DNA of 64,000 nt, taken from Candidatus Dormiibacterota bacterium. GTDB taxonomy: Bacteria; Chloroflexota; Dormibacteria; Aeolococcales; Aeolococcaceae. Under the pieces are notes generated by a model. The model saw only the letters and a list, made by a program, of their open reading frames with translations. It made no database searches and had not been told where the DNA came from. Both the position numbers and the translations under genes were made by a program. Positions 40,034 to 49,599 of the stretch are shown in pieces; the stretch's first letter is position 1, and each line of letters opens with the position of its first letter. The DNA is taken from positions 73,124-137,123 of the forward strand of contig CAVVJH010000001.1 in the NCBI GenBank assembly GCA_963748505.1, read 5' to 3'.

Positions 40034-41620
40034 TCACAGTGTACGCGCGCCTCGTGATTCCCTTCGAGTGCGGCGGAGAGCGGCGCCCATGGCGACTCCG
40101 CCCAGAAGGATCAGCAACACCGCCAGTCCGGACACCACTAGAGAAGGCGCTGCACCCGTCGGTGGGATCGGTACCGCGCCCGGCACCACGAAGGTTGCCG
40201 ATGCCGGCACCGGGAACACGTCGTTCGAGCCGGTGGTTGCGCTGTCGACGACGGTGGTTCCCGCCGGCCCGACGACCAACACCGGCATCGACAGGACGGG
40301 GAGCGCAGTGCCTGGCGGGAGCGACGTCACCGCGAACGTTGCCGTCTCCGTCTGACCGTTGCGCGTGCACGTCCATCCGGTGCCGCCGCATCCGGCAAGG
40401 AGTGGCGTGACGCTTGCCGGGAAGGTGTCGGTGACCATGATGTCCTGCTTCTCGGGACCGCCCGACGCCGTTGTCGCCACATGAAGCTGGTAGGTCGATG
40501 TCGCGCCAACGGGCGCGGTCTGCGCACTCAACGTGGCCGTGAGACCGGGGAGCGCGCCGCTGAGCGTATCGGCAGTGACGTCGGAGATCTCATGGATATC
40601 GACGAGGCCGCCCGTCGAGCCGACCCAACCCATGCTCAGCTGATAGGGGAGGCCGTTCGCAGGGTTGATCCAGGCCGCGGGGATCGTGCCCGCTGGAATC
40701 TCGCCATTGGCCGTGGTCGGGAGCACGTCGGTGAAGCTCTGGAGGGCGCCGCCGAGCGGCGTGAACGCAACTTCGTAGTCGTGCGCCGGCACGGTCAACC
40801 CCGAGGTTGTGGTCACCGGCGCGGCGCCCGGGTTGATGACGATCTCGACAGGAACCAGCGAGCTGGCCCGAGTCCCCCCGCCGCCGTCGAGCGCCTGGGG
40901 CGCGCCGCCGTCAGTCGCTGCTGTGCTGGTCAGCGGACAGTAGCCCACCGTCCCGTTACCGGGACCGCGAACCGTCACCTGTCCCGGAATGGTCGATCCG
41001 AACACGACCCAGGACGGATCGGTGCACCCGCTCCCGTCGAGAAGACCGTTCGCATAGTTGCCGTACACGTCGATCCCGATGCCGAGGTAGGCGTCCGCCA
41101 AGCCGGTGCCGCCGCCCGATGCATAGCCGAGGTCACCGCCGGGCTGCCCGATATTTGAGGGTGGGCCAGGAGCCGTCGGATCGGTTGCGGCCAGGAAGAA
41201 GCCGATCCCGTCGGCGCCGTTCCCTCCGTACTGATAGGTGTCGAATCGGACGTCGAGACCCTTGGTCGTCGGCAGCGTCTGGCCGAACGCCACGCCTCCC
41301 TCTTCGCTGTTGTTGGCGCTCGTCAGTTGGAGCGCGCCACTGCCGTCAGGATCCGGGCTTCCCAGGCCACAACCGGGGATCGGCGTCTGCGACGTATCGC
41401 CGGATGCAGTCAGGCAGGCCGAGTTGACTCCGACCGGTGCGGCGGGCAACACCCAGGCAGTTGAGGTCGTGGTGGTATGGGTGAATGTCTCGGCCACGAT
41501 TGGCGTTTGGGCTGCCAATGCAGTGCTCGCCAATGCGATTGCAGCGATGGCTGCGGTGGCACACGTCGTTGCCCCCCGACGCAGCGCGCGCGACGTCACA
41601 GAATTCACCACCCGACGCAT
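40034..41620 (-). CDS. secreted cell-surface protein: signal peptide, L-type (legume-like) lectin domain, DUF11 repeat domain, C-terminal sortase-type sorting signal
   Basis: Signal peptide. FDTYQYGGNGADGIGFFLAATDP lectin motif. DUF11-like region. C-terminal IPPTG + hydrophobic stretch + RRTRRE. Confidence 0.8.
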   Translation of the reverse strand: MRRVVNSVTSRALRRGATTCATAAIAAIALASTALAAQTPIVAETFTHTTTTSTAWVLPAAPVGVNSACLTASGDTSQTPIPGCGLGSPDPDGSGALQLTSANNSEEGGVAFGQTLPTTKGLDVRFDTYQYGGNGADGIGFFLAATDPTAPGPPSNIGQPGGDLGYASGGGTGLADAYLGIGIDVYGNYANGLLDGSGCTDPSWVVFGSTIPGQVTVRGPGNGTVGYCPLTSTAATDGGAPQALDGGGGTRASSLVPVEIVINPGAAPVTTTSGLTVPAHDYEVAFTPLGGALQSFTDVLPTTANGEIPAGTIPAAWINPANGLPYQLSMGWVGSTGGLVDIHEISDVTADTLSGALPGLTATLSAQTAPVGATSTYQLHVATTASGGPEKQDIMVTDTFPASVTPLLAGCGGTGWTCTRNGQTETATFAVTSLPPGTALPVLSMPVLVVGPAGTTVVDSATTGSNDVFPVPASATFVVPGAVPIPPTGAAPSLVVSGLAVLLILLGGVAMGAALRRTRRESRGARTL

Positions 41621-41812
41621 CCCGACATGAGCGGCCGATTCTACAGTGCGCCGCTCGCCGGTTTGTCACGGTGACGCTGGCCCGCCACCGCGCGGTGCGC
41701 TAGCTGCCCGGGGGCCCGGTGAAGGCCAGGAGTCCCGAGACCACGATGAAGAGCAGCACGATGAACGTCAGGCCTGCGACGATCAGCTTGGTTTTCGTGT
41801 CCATGGCTCGGC

Positions 41813-42691
41813 GTGGAGTCTGCACATGGCGACGGGCTGTCAGCGTTACGGCGGTGGCGCGCTGGGGTCGCGGAGCGTCAGAGTGCGGTCGTGCGTGTGC
41901 CGATTGACCATGCGTCCCTGGCGGACTTGCTCGCGCGCGGCGGTTTCCTCGCCGCCGATGACGAAGCGAGCCAGCTCCTCGACGCGGCTGCCGGCGACGG
42001 CACCACACTCGAGGCGCTCGTCGCTCGACGGCTCACGGGTGAGCCGCTGGCGTGGATCACCGGAACGACGACCTTCTGCAACGTCGAAATCCACATCGAT
42101 CCGGGCGTTTACGTCCCCAGATGGTTGAGTGAGCCGCTCGCGGTCCGGGCCGCCGAGCGCCTTCCGATACATGGGTGTGCGGTCGACCTGTGCACCGGCA
42201 GCGGCGCTCTCGCGAAGGTCCTGATGCGGCGACGGCCGTCAGCGCGGGTGGTCGCCTCCGACATCGATGCGCGCTCGGTGGCCTGCGCAGAGGCAAATGG
42301 CGTCGAGGTGTATGGCGGGGATCTGTTCTCGCCATTGCCGGATGCGCTGGTCGGCCAGATCGATGTCGTGGTCGGCGTCGTTCCCTACGTGCCGACCCCC
42401 GAGCTTCCGCTGCTGCAGCGCGACACGTTCGCTTTCGAGTCCCGCCTCTCCTACGACGGCGGCCCCGACGGCACCGACTACCTTCGGCGTGTCATCACCG
42501 ACAGCAGGCGATTCCTTCGGAGCGGCGGCGCCTTGTTGCTCGAGCTCGGCGGCGACCAGGACGGTCTGATCGCCGGGTATCTGGCGCACCTCGACTATGG
42601 CGATGTGCAGGTCCTCACCGACGAAGACGGCGACGTGCGTGGCATTGAAGCGACCTACGGGCCCGACGCGTCGAGGCGCGATCCCGGCTAG
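41813..42691 (+). CDS. HemK/PrmC-family SAM-dependent methyltransferase (N5-glutamine / N6-adenine type)
   Basis: Motif I VDLCTGSGALA, motif IV VVGVVPYVPT (NPPY-like). Start position uncertain. Confidence 0.7.
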   Translation: MESAHGDGLSALRRWRAGVAERQSAVVRVPIDHASLADLLARGGFLAADDEASQLLDAAAGDGTTLEALVARRLTGEPLAWITGTTTFCNVEIHIDPGVYVPRWLSEPLAVRAAERLPIHGCAVDLCTGSGALAKVLMRRRPSARVVASDIDARSVACAEANGVEVYGGDLFSPLPDALVGQIDVVVGVVPYVPTPELPLLQRDTFAFESRLSYDGGPDGTDYLRRVITDSRRFLRSGGALLLELGGDQDGLIAGYLAHLDYGDVQVLTDEDGDVRGIEATYGPDASRRDPG

Positions 42692-43101
42692 GCCGGCCCC
42701 CGCACCTCCTGCACCATCCAGCCGTTGCCGTCGGGGTCGCTGAAGGTCATGAAGGAGTTGTAGCTGGTGCGCTCCGGGTCGGCGCCTGGAAGCTGGCCCC
42801 CTGTGTCTCTGTCGAAGTGGAAGACGTCGCTGGGCTCGCCACCGCGAGCAACCAGCTCGGCCCGGGCGGCGTCGATGTCGCTCACCATCAGATGCAAGCC
42901 CTGCAGGGTTCCGGCGGCATCGACATTCTTCATCAGCGCGATCGAACACGCCGAGCCCGGCGGGGTCAGCTGCACGACGCGAAAGTCTTCGCCGGCACTG
43001 TGGTCGACGAGGAGGCCGAAGCCTGCGCGCTCGAGATAGAACGCCTTTGCTGCGTCGAGGTCCGCCACCGGCACCACGATGAGTTCGAGCTTCCAGTCCA
43101 T
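42688..43101 (-). CDS. VOC/glyoxalase family protein
   Basis: 137 aa, MDWKLELIVVPVADLDAAKAFYLE... The longer ORF to 43869 is an artefactual upstream extension. Confidence 0.75.
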   Translation of the reverse strand: MDWKLELIVVPVADLDAAKAFYLERAGFGLLVDHSAGEDFRVVQLTPPGSACSIALMKNVDAAGTLQGLHLMVSDIDAARAELVARGGEPSDVFHFDRDTGGQLPGADPERTSYNSFMTFSDPDGNGWMVQEVRGPA

Positions 43102-43157
43102 GGGCACACCCCTTTTCAACGGGATCGATCCGCGCGGGTCGCCCGCGTGGAAGGGGA

Positions 43158-44343
43158 CGCTACCATCGGACGGCCCATGCGCATCTATCCACTCGTGGTC
43201 GCCAACCTCGTGGCGGTGATCGCGGTCGCCGGGTCGACCCTCGCGGCCGTGGGCGCCGGTCGTCAGGCTGACTTTGCGAAGCACGCGACCAGGCTCGAGC
43301 AGCAATGGACTGAGATGAGCGCGGCGGGTGTCGCTCCGTCCAGGCTCGCGCCGCTGCGGAGCGCCCTCACCACCTCTCCCTATCGAGCACCCTGGTGGTC
43401 GCCGTCGTGGTGGAACGACCCCGGGTCTGCTTTCATCGGGAGCCTTGGCGCAGCGACAGGGGCGATCTGGGATCACGCGATGGCCGACGCACGCATCCAT
43501 GCCGCAGCGGCCCTCGTGGGGTGGGAAGTGCTGCTCGAAGAGCAGAGTGCTGTGCTTCCGGCGTCGTCGGTGGCGTCGTCGGCCTCGCTGATCTCGCAAC
43601 TCCATGCCGCGGCGACGCCCTTGGCGATCGAGACCCTCTCTGCGCGCCTCAGGGAGGCGACCATGACGGGCGCGCATGCCGGGGACCAGCTCGCGAGCTC
43701 GCTGGTTGCCAACGTCAGCCGCAACCTGCGAGCGCTCCAGCTCAGCGCAGATCAGGCCGCGTCCGAGCACATTGCCGGTGCGAATGGCTTCCTCGCGTCC
43801 TATCACCAGTTTGCCCGAGCGGTTGCGTCCAAACCCACCGCACGCGAAGTGGCGGTCGTGAGCGCGCACGTCGTCGCCTTCGAGGCGTCAGTGGTCAGTG
43901 CGTTGCAGCACGGAGCCTGCGGTCACGCGGTGCCATCCGGCAAGGCGATCGTGATCAACCTCACCTTTCAGGAGGTCGTCTTCTATCAGAACGGTTGCGC
44001 GGTGCAGGCGACGCCCGTGACCAGTGGACGGCAGAACGAGCGCACGCCCACCGGGACGTTCCACGTCTTCCGCAAGGTGTCGCCGGTGCGCTTCACCTCA
44101 TGGGCGCCAAGCGGGTCGCCATTCTGGTACCCGCCGGAGCGCGCCAACTACGCCCTCGAATTCACCGTGGTGCGAGCAGGCATCTTTCTCCACGACGCGC
44201 CCTGGGAGGCGAACAGCGCCTACGGCGCGAACAGCGAGAACAGCAGCGCCGCGAGCCATGGATGCGTCCATGCGCAGACCTCGGTGATGCGGTGGGCATA
44301 CTCGTGGGCGCCGGTGGGCACGCCGGTGATCGTCACCCACTGA
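43158..44343 (+). CDS. L,D-transpeptidase (YkuD domain) with N-terminal membrane anchor and Ala-rich helical region
   Basis: Anchor MRIYPLVVANLVAVIAVAG. YkuD catalytic region with SHGCVH (Cys nucleophile) near the C-terminus. Confidence 0.8.
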
Positions 44344-44417
44344 GCGGTAGTCCGGGCGGTTCCACGCGGACAGGCCAATGGGCCTCGGTGCACCCTGGCG
44401 CCGAGCACCCGCCGCGC

Positions 44418-45893
44418 TCACGCCGCGGTCGTCGGTGCTCCGAACCAGGTGGTCAGCGCGTCCGGCAGCCCCTCGGCGCTGTGATCTCCCACCCACGCGA
44501 CATGCCCGTCGGGCCGGATCAGCACCGCGGTGGGAGCACTGACCGCACCCAACGCCGGAAGCTCCCAGGGACCAGCGTAGGTGGCGTCGACCATAGGAAC
44601 CCGATCTGACCATGGGGTGACGTCGAAGCCGCCCGGTTCGCCAAGGTTGAGCAGCACCCCGCGCCCTTCGTGCAGCAGCGCGAACACCCGTAGGGGTCCA
44701 CCGGCCGCCACCAGGTCAAGATCGGGCATGCGCCGCCCGAGCAGCGGATGTCCCTCGCCGAGATCGTAGTGCACGTCCAGACCGGACATCATCGCCGCGA
44801 TCCGTTTGCGCGGCTCATCCATCTCCAGCAGCTCGGCCACGGTATCGCGCAGGACGTCGACGCGTCCGTCGCAACGAAGCAGCGCTGTCTGCGCGATGGT
44901 GTTGCGCACGACCCGGGCACCGACCGGGTGACGCTCGGCGTGGTAGGTGTCCAGCAAGGTTGCTGACGAGGTGCCCTTGACCACCTGGGCCAGCTTCCAT
45001 CCCAGATTCACCGCATCCTGCACACCCACGTTGAGTCCCTGTCCGCCCACCGGCGGGTGGATGTGCGCCGCATCGCCGGCCACGAGCACGCGCCCCTCGC
45101 GATAGGAGGCCGCCTGCCGGGCGGAATCCGTGAACCGGGAGATCCAGGTGGGACTGTGGACACCATAATCCGACCCGTAGACGGCGATGAGCGCCGCACT
45201 GAGCTCCTGCAGGCTCGGCTCGTCCGCGCATACGGCCTGCGGCCCAGGGACCAGGACGCGCACCTTCGGTCCATCGTCCAGTTTGCTCAGGCTGCGAATG
45301 CCCAGTGCGTCGCGCTGGATGCCCCATTCCGGCTCCTCGGCCAGCTGGACCTCGGCGATCAGGCTGCTGGTGGTCGGTTCCCAGCCTGGGAAGTCGATGC
45401 CGGCTGCCTTGCGAATGACGCTCCGTCCCCCGTCACAGCCGATCAGGTATGCCGCTCGCAGCGACCTGCCGTCGCCGAGCTCGACGTCGACGCCGGCGCC
45501 GTCCTGGACAAAGCCCGTCGCCTCCTGTTCGCGATAGATGGTCACTGCAAGCTCGTCGACCCAGCCGGCCAGGATGCGCTCGAAATGGCTCTGCCACAGG
45601 GCGAGCCCGTAGGGGTGACGGGTCGGGAAGTCGCTGATATCGAGCCGGACCCAGGCGAACCCCGCAACCTGGGCTGTATACCCCTCCGACAGGAAGCGCT
45701 CCGCGATACCGCGCTGATCGAGTACCTCGATGGTGCGCGCGTGCAGTCCACCCGCACGCGAGCCGTCGATCTCCTGGCTCGCGCGCCGCTCGACGATGGC
45801 GACGTCGATGCCCGCCAGGGCCAGCTCGCCCGCCAGCATGAGCCCGGTCGGACCTCCGCCCACGATGACGACGGCATGCTCGGTCATCGGCAC
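44418..45893 (-). CDS. FAD-dependent aromatic-ring monooxygenase (class A flavoprotein hydroxylase) with C-terminal thioredoxin-like domain
   Basis: AVVIVGGGPTGLMLAGELALAGIDVAIVER; DG motif (LIGCDGGRSVIR); GD motif (VLVAGDAAHIHPPVGGQGLNVGVQDA). Confidence 0.9.
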   Translation of the reverse strand: MPMTEHAVVIVGGGPTGLMLAGELALAGIDVAIVERRASQEIDGSRAGGLHARTIEVLDQRGIAERFLSEGYTAQVAGFAWVRLDISDFPTRHPYGLALWQSHFERILAGWVDELAVTIYREQEATGFVQDGAGVDVELGDGRSLRAAYLIGCDGGRSVIRKAAGIDFPGWEPTTSSLIAEVQLAEEPEWGIQRDALGIRSLSKLDDGPKVRVLVPGPQAVCADEPSLQELSAALIAVYGSDYGVHSPTWISRFTDSARQAASYREGRVLVAGDAAHIHPPVGGQGLNVGVQDAVNLGWKLAQVVKGTSSATLLDTYHAERHPVGARVVRNTIAQTALLRCDGRVDVLRDTVAELLEMDEPRKRIAAMMSGLDVHYDLGEGHPLLGRRMPDLDLVAAGGPLRVFALLHEGRGVLLNLGEPGGFDVTPWSDRVPMVDATYAGPWELPALGAVSAPTAVLIRPDGHVAWVGDHSAEGLPDALTTWFGAPTTAA

Positions 45894-46110
45894 CCGACCA
45901 CCCCCAGCATGCTGGTCGATATCCGCACAGACGGCAGCATTCGCATAGGCATTTCATGACCCCCAGTTCCGCGGGTTTCCGACCTCGGCCGCTCACTCTG
46001 CGGCACGACCCCGGTCTTGCCGCAAGCCCCCCACTGGGGTATAAGTTAGAAGTGGAAGGGAGTTCCCCTGGTGCCGTCAGGCAGATGGGTGCGGACTCCC
46101 AGCGAGAGCG

Positions 46111-47400
46111 CTAGCCGACCGGCTGTGCGGCCAGGCTCGTCACCGCTTCCTCGATCACGCCCAGCGCGCGGTCCAGATCCTGCTCGTCAATCACCAGCGG
46201 TGGCTGGATGCGTACCACATTGCCGAGTGAGCCACCGATGCCGATGAGCACACCGCGTTCCCGGCAGTGCTTCTTCACGGCGGCGGCCTCGGACGTTGCG
46301 GGCTCTTTGGTCACGCGGTCGCGCACCAGCTCCACGCCGATCATCAATCCGGTTCCGCGCACATCGCCGATCAAATCCGATTCCACCGCAAAGGCGTCGA
46401 GACGGCTTCGCACCATGCGACCCACGCGGGCGGCGCGCTCCGGCAGCTGCTCCTCGACGAGCATGTCGATGGTTGCCACACCCGCGGCGCACGAGACCGG
46501 ATTGCCCCCGAACGTGCTCATGTGGTCGCCGGGCTCGAATGCGTCGGCGATCTCCTCTCGCGCGATGAATGCCCCCAGTGGAAAGCCGCTGGCAATTCCC
46601 TTGGCCATGGTCATGATGTCGGGCTCCACGTCGTACGCCTCGATCGCGAACATGGTGCCGCTGCGCCCGAAGCCGCTCTGGACCTCGTCCGCGATGAGGA
46701 GAATCCCGCGTGCATCGAGCAGCTCCTTGACGCGCTTGAGGTAGCCGTCGGGCAGCGGGATGATGCCGCCTTCACCGATGATCGGTTCGATGATGAACGC
46801 GGCGACGTCGTCGCTCGTCTCGTAGCGGATGACGTCATCGACCGCATCGGCGCATGCCAGCGAGCAGGATCCTGAACACATACGGCAGCGGTATGGGTTC
46901 GGCGTCGGCGCGAAGGCGATCCCGGCAATCTGCGCGCCACCACGATGCTTGCGTAACGCGTTGCCGGTGATCGCCAGTGCACCGGCGGTGCGGCCGTGGA
47001 ACGAACTCTGCAACGCGATGATCTCGCGACGCCCGGTGTAAGAACGTGCCAGCCGGAGCGCGCCTTCGACCGCCTCGGCGCCGCTGTTGCCGAAGAAGGT
47101 TTTCTGCAGACGGCCGGGCGTGATCTGCGCCAGCCGTTCGGCGAGATCGGCGACCACCGGGACGTGATAGACATACGAACAGGAGTGCACGACCTTGTCC
47201 ATCTGTCGTTTCGCGGCCTCGGCCACCTTCGGGGGCACGTGGCCGGCGTTGACCACGCCGATCCCGGCGTAGAGATCGGTGTACTCGGTGCCATCGGTCG
47301 CGGTCACCGTCGCGCCGCGCGCGCTTTCCACGGTAATGGGTTCAACGCCTGCGAGCGCGCTCGTGTTGATGTAGCGGCGGTACTTCTCAACGGTGTCCAT
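46111..47400 (-). CDS. class III pyridoxal-phosphate aminotransferase (omega-amino acid / GABA-type)
   Basis: LLIADEVQSGFGRSGTMFA, MTMAKGIASG (PLP Lys); 429 aa, uninterrupted. Confidence 0.9.
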   Translation of the reverse strand: MDTVEKYRRYINTSALAGVEPITVESARGATVTATDGTEYTDLYAGIGVVNAGHVPPKVAEAAKRQMDKVVHSCSYVYHVPVVADLAERLAQITPGRLQKTFFGNSGAEAVEGALRLARSYTGRREIIALQSSFHGRTAGALAITGNALRKHRGGAQIAGIAFAPTPNPYRCRMCSGSCSLACADAVDDVIRYETSDDVAAFIIEPIIGEGGIIPLPDGYLKRVKELLDARGILLIADEVQSGFGRSGTMFAIEAYDVEPDIMTMAKGIASGFPLGAFIAREEIADAFEPGDHMSTFGGNPVSCAAGVATIDMLVEEQLPERAARVGRMVRSRLDAFAVESDLIGDVRGTGLMIGVELVRDRVTKEPATSEAAAVKKHCRERGVLIGIGGSLGNVVRIQPPLVIDEQDLDRALGVIEEAVTSLAAQPVG

Positions 47401-47426
47401 CGATGCGCGCTCCTTTCAGAAAGTGG

Positions 47427-48212
47427 TCAAAAAGTTGGTGGAGTGTTGACCCAGAACAGCCGGGTGGAGACGCCTGCGTGATTGATCCAGCGATGCTGCT
47501 GGGCGCTGCGGAAGTAGAGGGTGTCCCCGGGCTCGAGGTGGTAGTGCTCGATCTCGTCCAGCCAGATGTCGAGCTCGCCGCTCAACACGTAGATCGCCTC
47601 TTCGCCATCGTGTGCGTAGGCGCCGCCGCTGCCGCCGCCGGGCGCAACGCTGAAGATGTCGATCTCCAGCACGGCATTCGGAAAGGTGACCAGGTCTTCG
47701 ATTTCGACACGGTCGAAACCACGCAGCCGGCGCCGCTCCGTGCTCCGTACCAGTTTCGGTCCGGCGACGCCTGCCGATGCGGCGCCGAAGAACTCGAGCA
47801 GCGTCCCACCGTACGCCGATGCGACGCGCTGGAGCAGCGACACCGATGGTTCCGCAAGCCCGCGCTCGACGAGGCTCAGGTACGACGCGGAAATGCCCGC
47901 CCGACCGGCCGCGCTCCTGAGCGAGAGACTGCGTTTCGTACGCGCGGCGCGCAACCGCTTGCCGACCACCGGGTCCTCGGGCATCGCCTCACCGGTCATG
48001 AGCGAATGCACCGCAGGTGTCGCAAAACCACGCGTCAGCAGCGCGTGCACGTCGCGCAGACGCGCGATGTCATCAGACGTGTAGCGGCGGTGCCGCCCAC
48101 TGGCGCGGACGGGGAGGACCAGCCCTTTGCGTTCCCAGGCTCGAAGCGTGGAGGGGCTGACCCCCACGCGCCGTGCGACTTCGCCGATGCGAACGTCTTC
48201 CACGTCGCTCAT
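47427..48212 (-). CDS. three-domain transcriptional regulator: MerR HTH + XRE HTH + C-terminal cupin
   Basis: VRIGEVARRVGVSPSTLRAWERKGLV (MerR). LRSAAGRAGISASYLSLVERG (XRE). Cupin region EAIYVLSGELDIWLDEIEHYHLEPGDTLYF. Confidence 0.8.
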   Translation of the reverse strand: MSDVEDVRIGEVARRVGVSPSTLRAWERKGLVLPVRASGRHRRYTSDDIARLRDVHALLTRGFATPAVHSLMTGEAMPEDPVVGKRLRAARTKRSLSLRSAAGRAGISASYLSLVERGLAEPSVSLLQRVASAYGGTLLEFFGAASAGVAGPKLVRSTERRRLRGFDRVEIEDLVTFPNAVLEIDIFSVAPGGGSGGAYAHDGEEAIYVLSGELDIWLDEIEHYHLEPGDTLYFRSAQQHRWINHAGVSTRLFWVNTPPTF

Positions 48213-48283
48213 CCCGCCACGGCTCCGGGCGGGCAGCAGGTACGCTGTTCGACCGAGTAGAACTTGTCAGTGTTGAGTAGGTC

Positions 48284-49598
48284 ATGAGTCTCTGGTCGCC
48301 GGCCGGGCCGCCCGGCAAACGCATTGCGCCGCTTGCCGAGGATTACCGTGAAACGCCGCTGTGGTGGGACGACACGGCCTTTCCGGTCTTGCCGGAGATC
48401 GCCGCTGCCGGCGTCCGCTGATGTCGTCATTGTCGGCGCCGGATTCACCGGACTCACTGCGGCTGCGCGCATTGGACAGCACGGAAAACACGCCGTCGTC
48501 GTGGACAGCGGCGCGCTCGGCGAGGGTGCGAGCGGCCGCAACGCCGGGATGATCCACGCGGGTGTGCGACGCGACTCCGCCTACCTCGAACGCAAATACG
48601 GTGTCGCCGGCAAGGCATTGCACGATGCGAGCATCGAGGCATACGACTTTGTCGCGAGCACTGCGAAGGAAGTTGCACCCGATGCCGCCTACCGGCAATC
48701 CGGCTGGCTGCACCTCGCGCATCGCAAATCGCGCATGAAGGGGCTGCGCCGCGACGAGGCCGACCGCCGACAGCACCTCGGCGAAGCCACGGTCATGCTC
48801 GAGGAAGCCGCACTGGAGGCCGAAGCCCCGTGCCGCGGTTTCCACGGCGGGATGCTGACCGACAACGGGGCGAGTATCCATCCGGCTCGGTACCTGGCCG
48901 GCCTGGCGCGGCTCGCCATGGATCGCAAGGCCGAGATCCATCCGCACACGCAGGTAACCGGGATCGAGACCCACGGCGCGGGTTCGGTGCTGCACACCAC
49001 ACGAGGCGACATCGCTGCCGCCGAAGTGCTGGTGGCAACCAACGGCTACACCGATGGTGCGGCTCCCTGGGCACGCCGCCGCATCATCCCGATCGGCAGC
49101 TACATCATCGCCACCGAGCCACTCGGTGACGCGCGTGCAGCGGACATCAGTCCGCACCGGCGGATGATGAGCGATACGCGGAATTTCCTTCATTACTGGC
49201 GACTCTCACCGGACGGGCGGATGGTCTTCGGGGGTCGGACGAGCTTCGTGCCGGTCACTGTGCCGGCGGCGCGGGATCGGCTCTACGCGGCGATGATCGA
49301 CATGTATCCGCAACTCGCCGGTGTGCGGCTCTCGCATGCGTGGACTGGGAATGTCGGCTTCACGTTCGACCAGCTGCCGCACCTAACTCGCGAAGGCGGG
49401 GTCACCTATGCGATGGGGTACTGCGGCAGTGGCGTGGCGCTGGGCAGTTGGATGGGAACGCTGGCCGGCGAGTGGATCGCCAGGGGTGCCCAACCGGCGT
49501 TTTCCAGCCTCCGCTTTCCGCGGCTGCCGGGCTACCGGGGGCACCCCTGGTTCCTCCCTCTCGTCGGCGTGTATTACTCGCTGCTCGATCGGCTCTGA
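48284..49598 (+). CDS. FAD-dependent oxidoreductase (DAO family, gamma-glutamylputrescine-oxidase PuuB-like); one apparent N-terminal frameshift near 48420
   Basis: N-terminus ...YRETPLWWDDTAFPVLPEIAAAGVR in one frame, then ADVVIVGAGFTGLTAAARI... in ORF 48324..49598. Confidence 0.75.
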
Positions 49599-49599
49599 G

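Noticed and set aside
41700-42008. 102-aa minus-strand ORF ending in a 34-aa hydrophobic peptide (MDTKTKLIVAGLTFIVLLFIVVSGLLAFTGPPGS)
   Set aside because: N-terminal two-thirds is Arg-rich nonsense overlapping the HemK-like gene. The short hydrophobic tail has no convincing RBS. It may be a real micro-protein but is unsupported.
42817-43157. N-terminal 114-aa extension of the L,D-transpeptidase ORF (508 aa as listed)
   Set aside because: It is antisense to the VOC gene at 42688-43101. A membrane-anchor start MRIYPLVV at 43158 is far more plausible.
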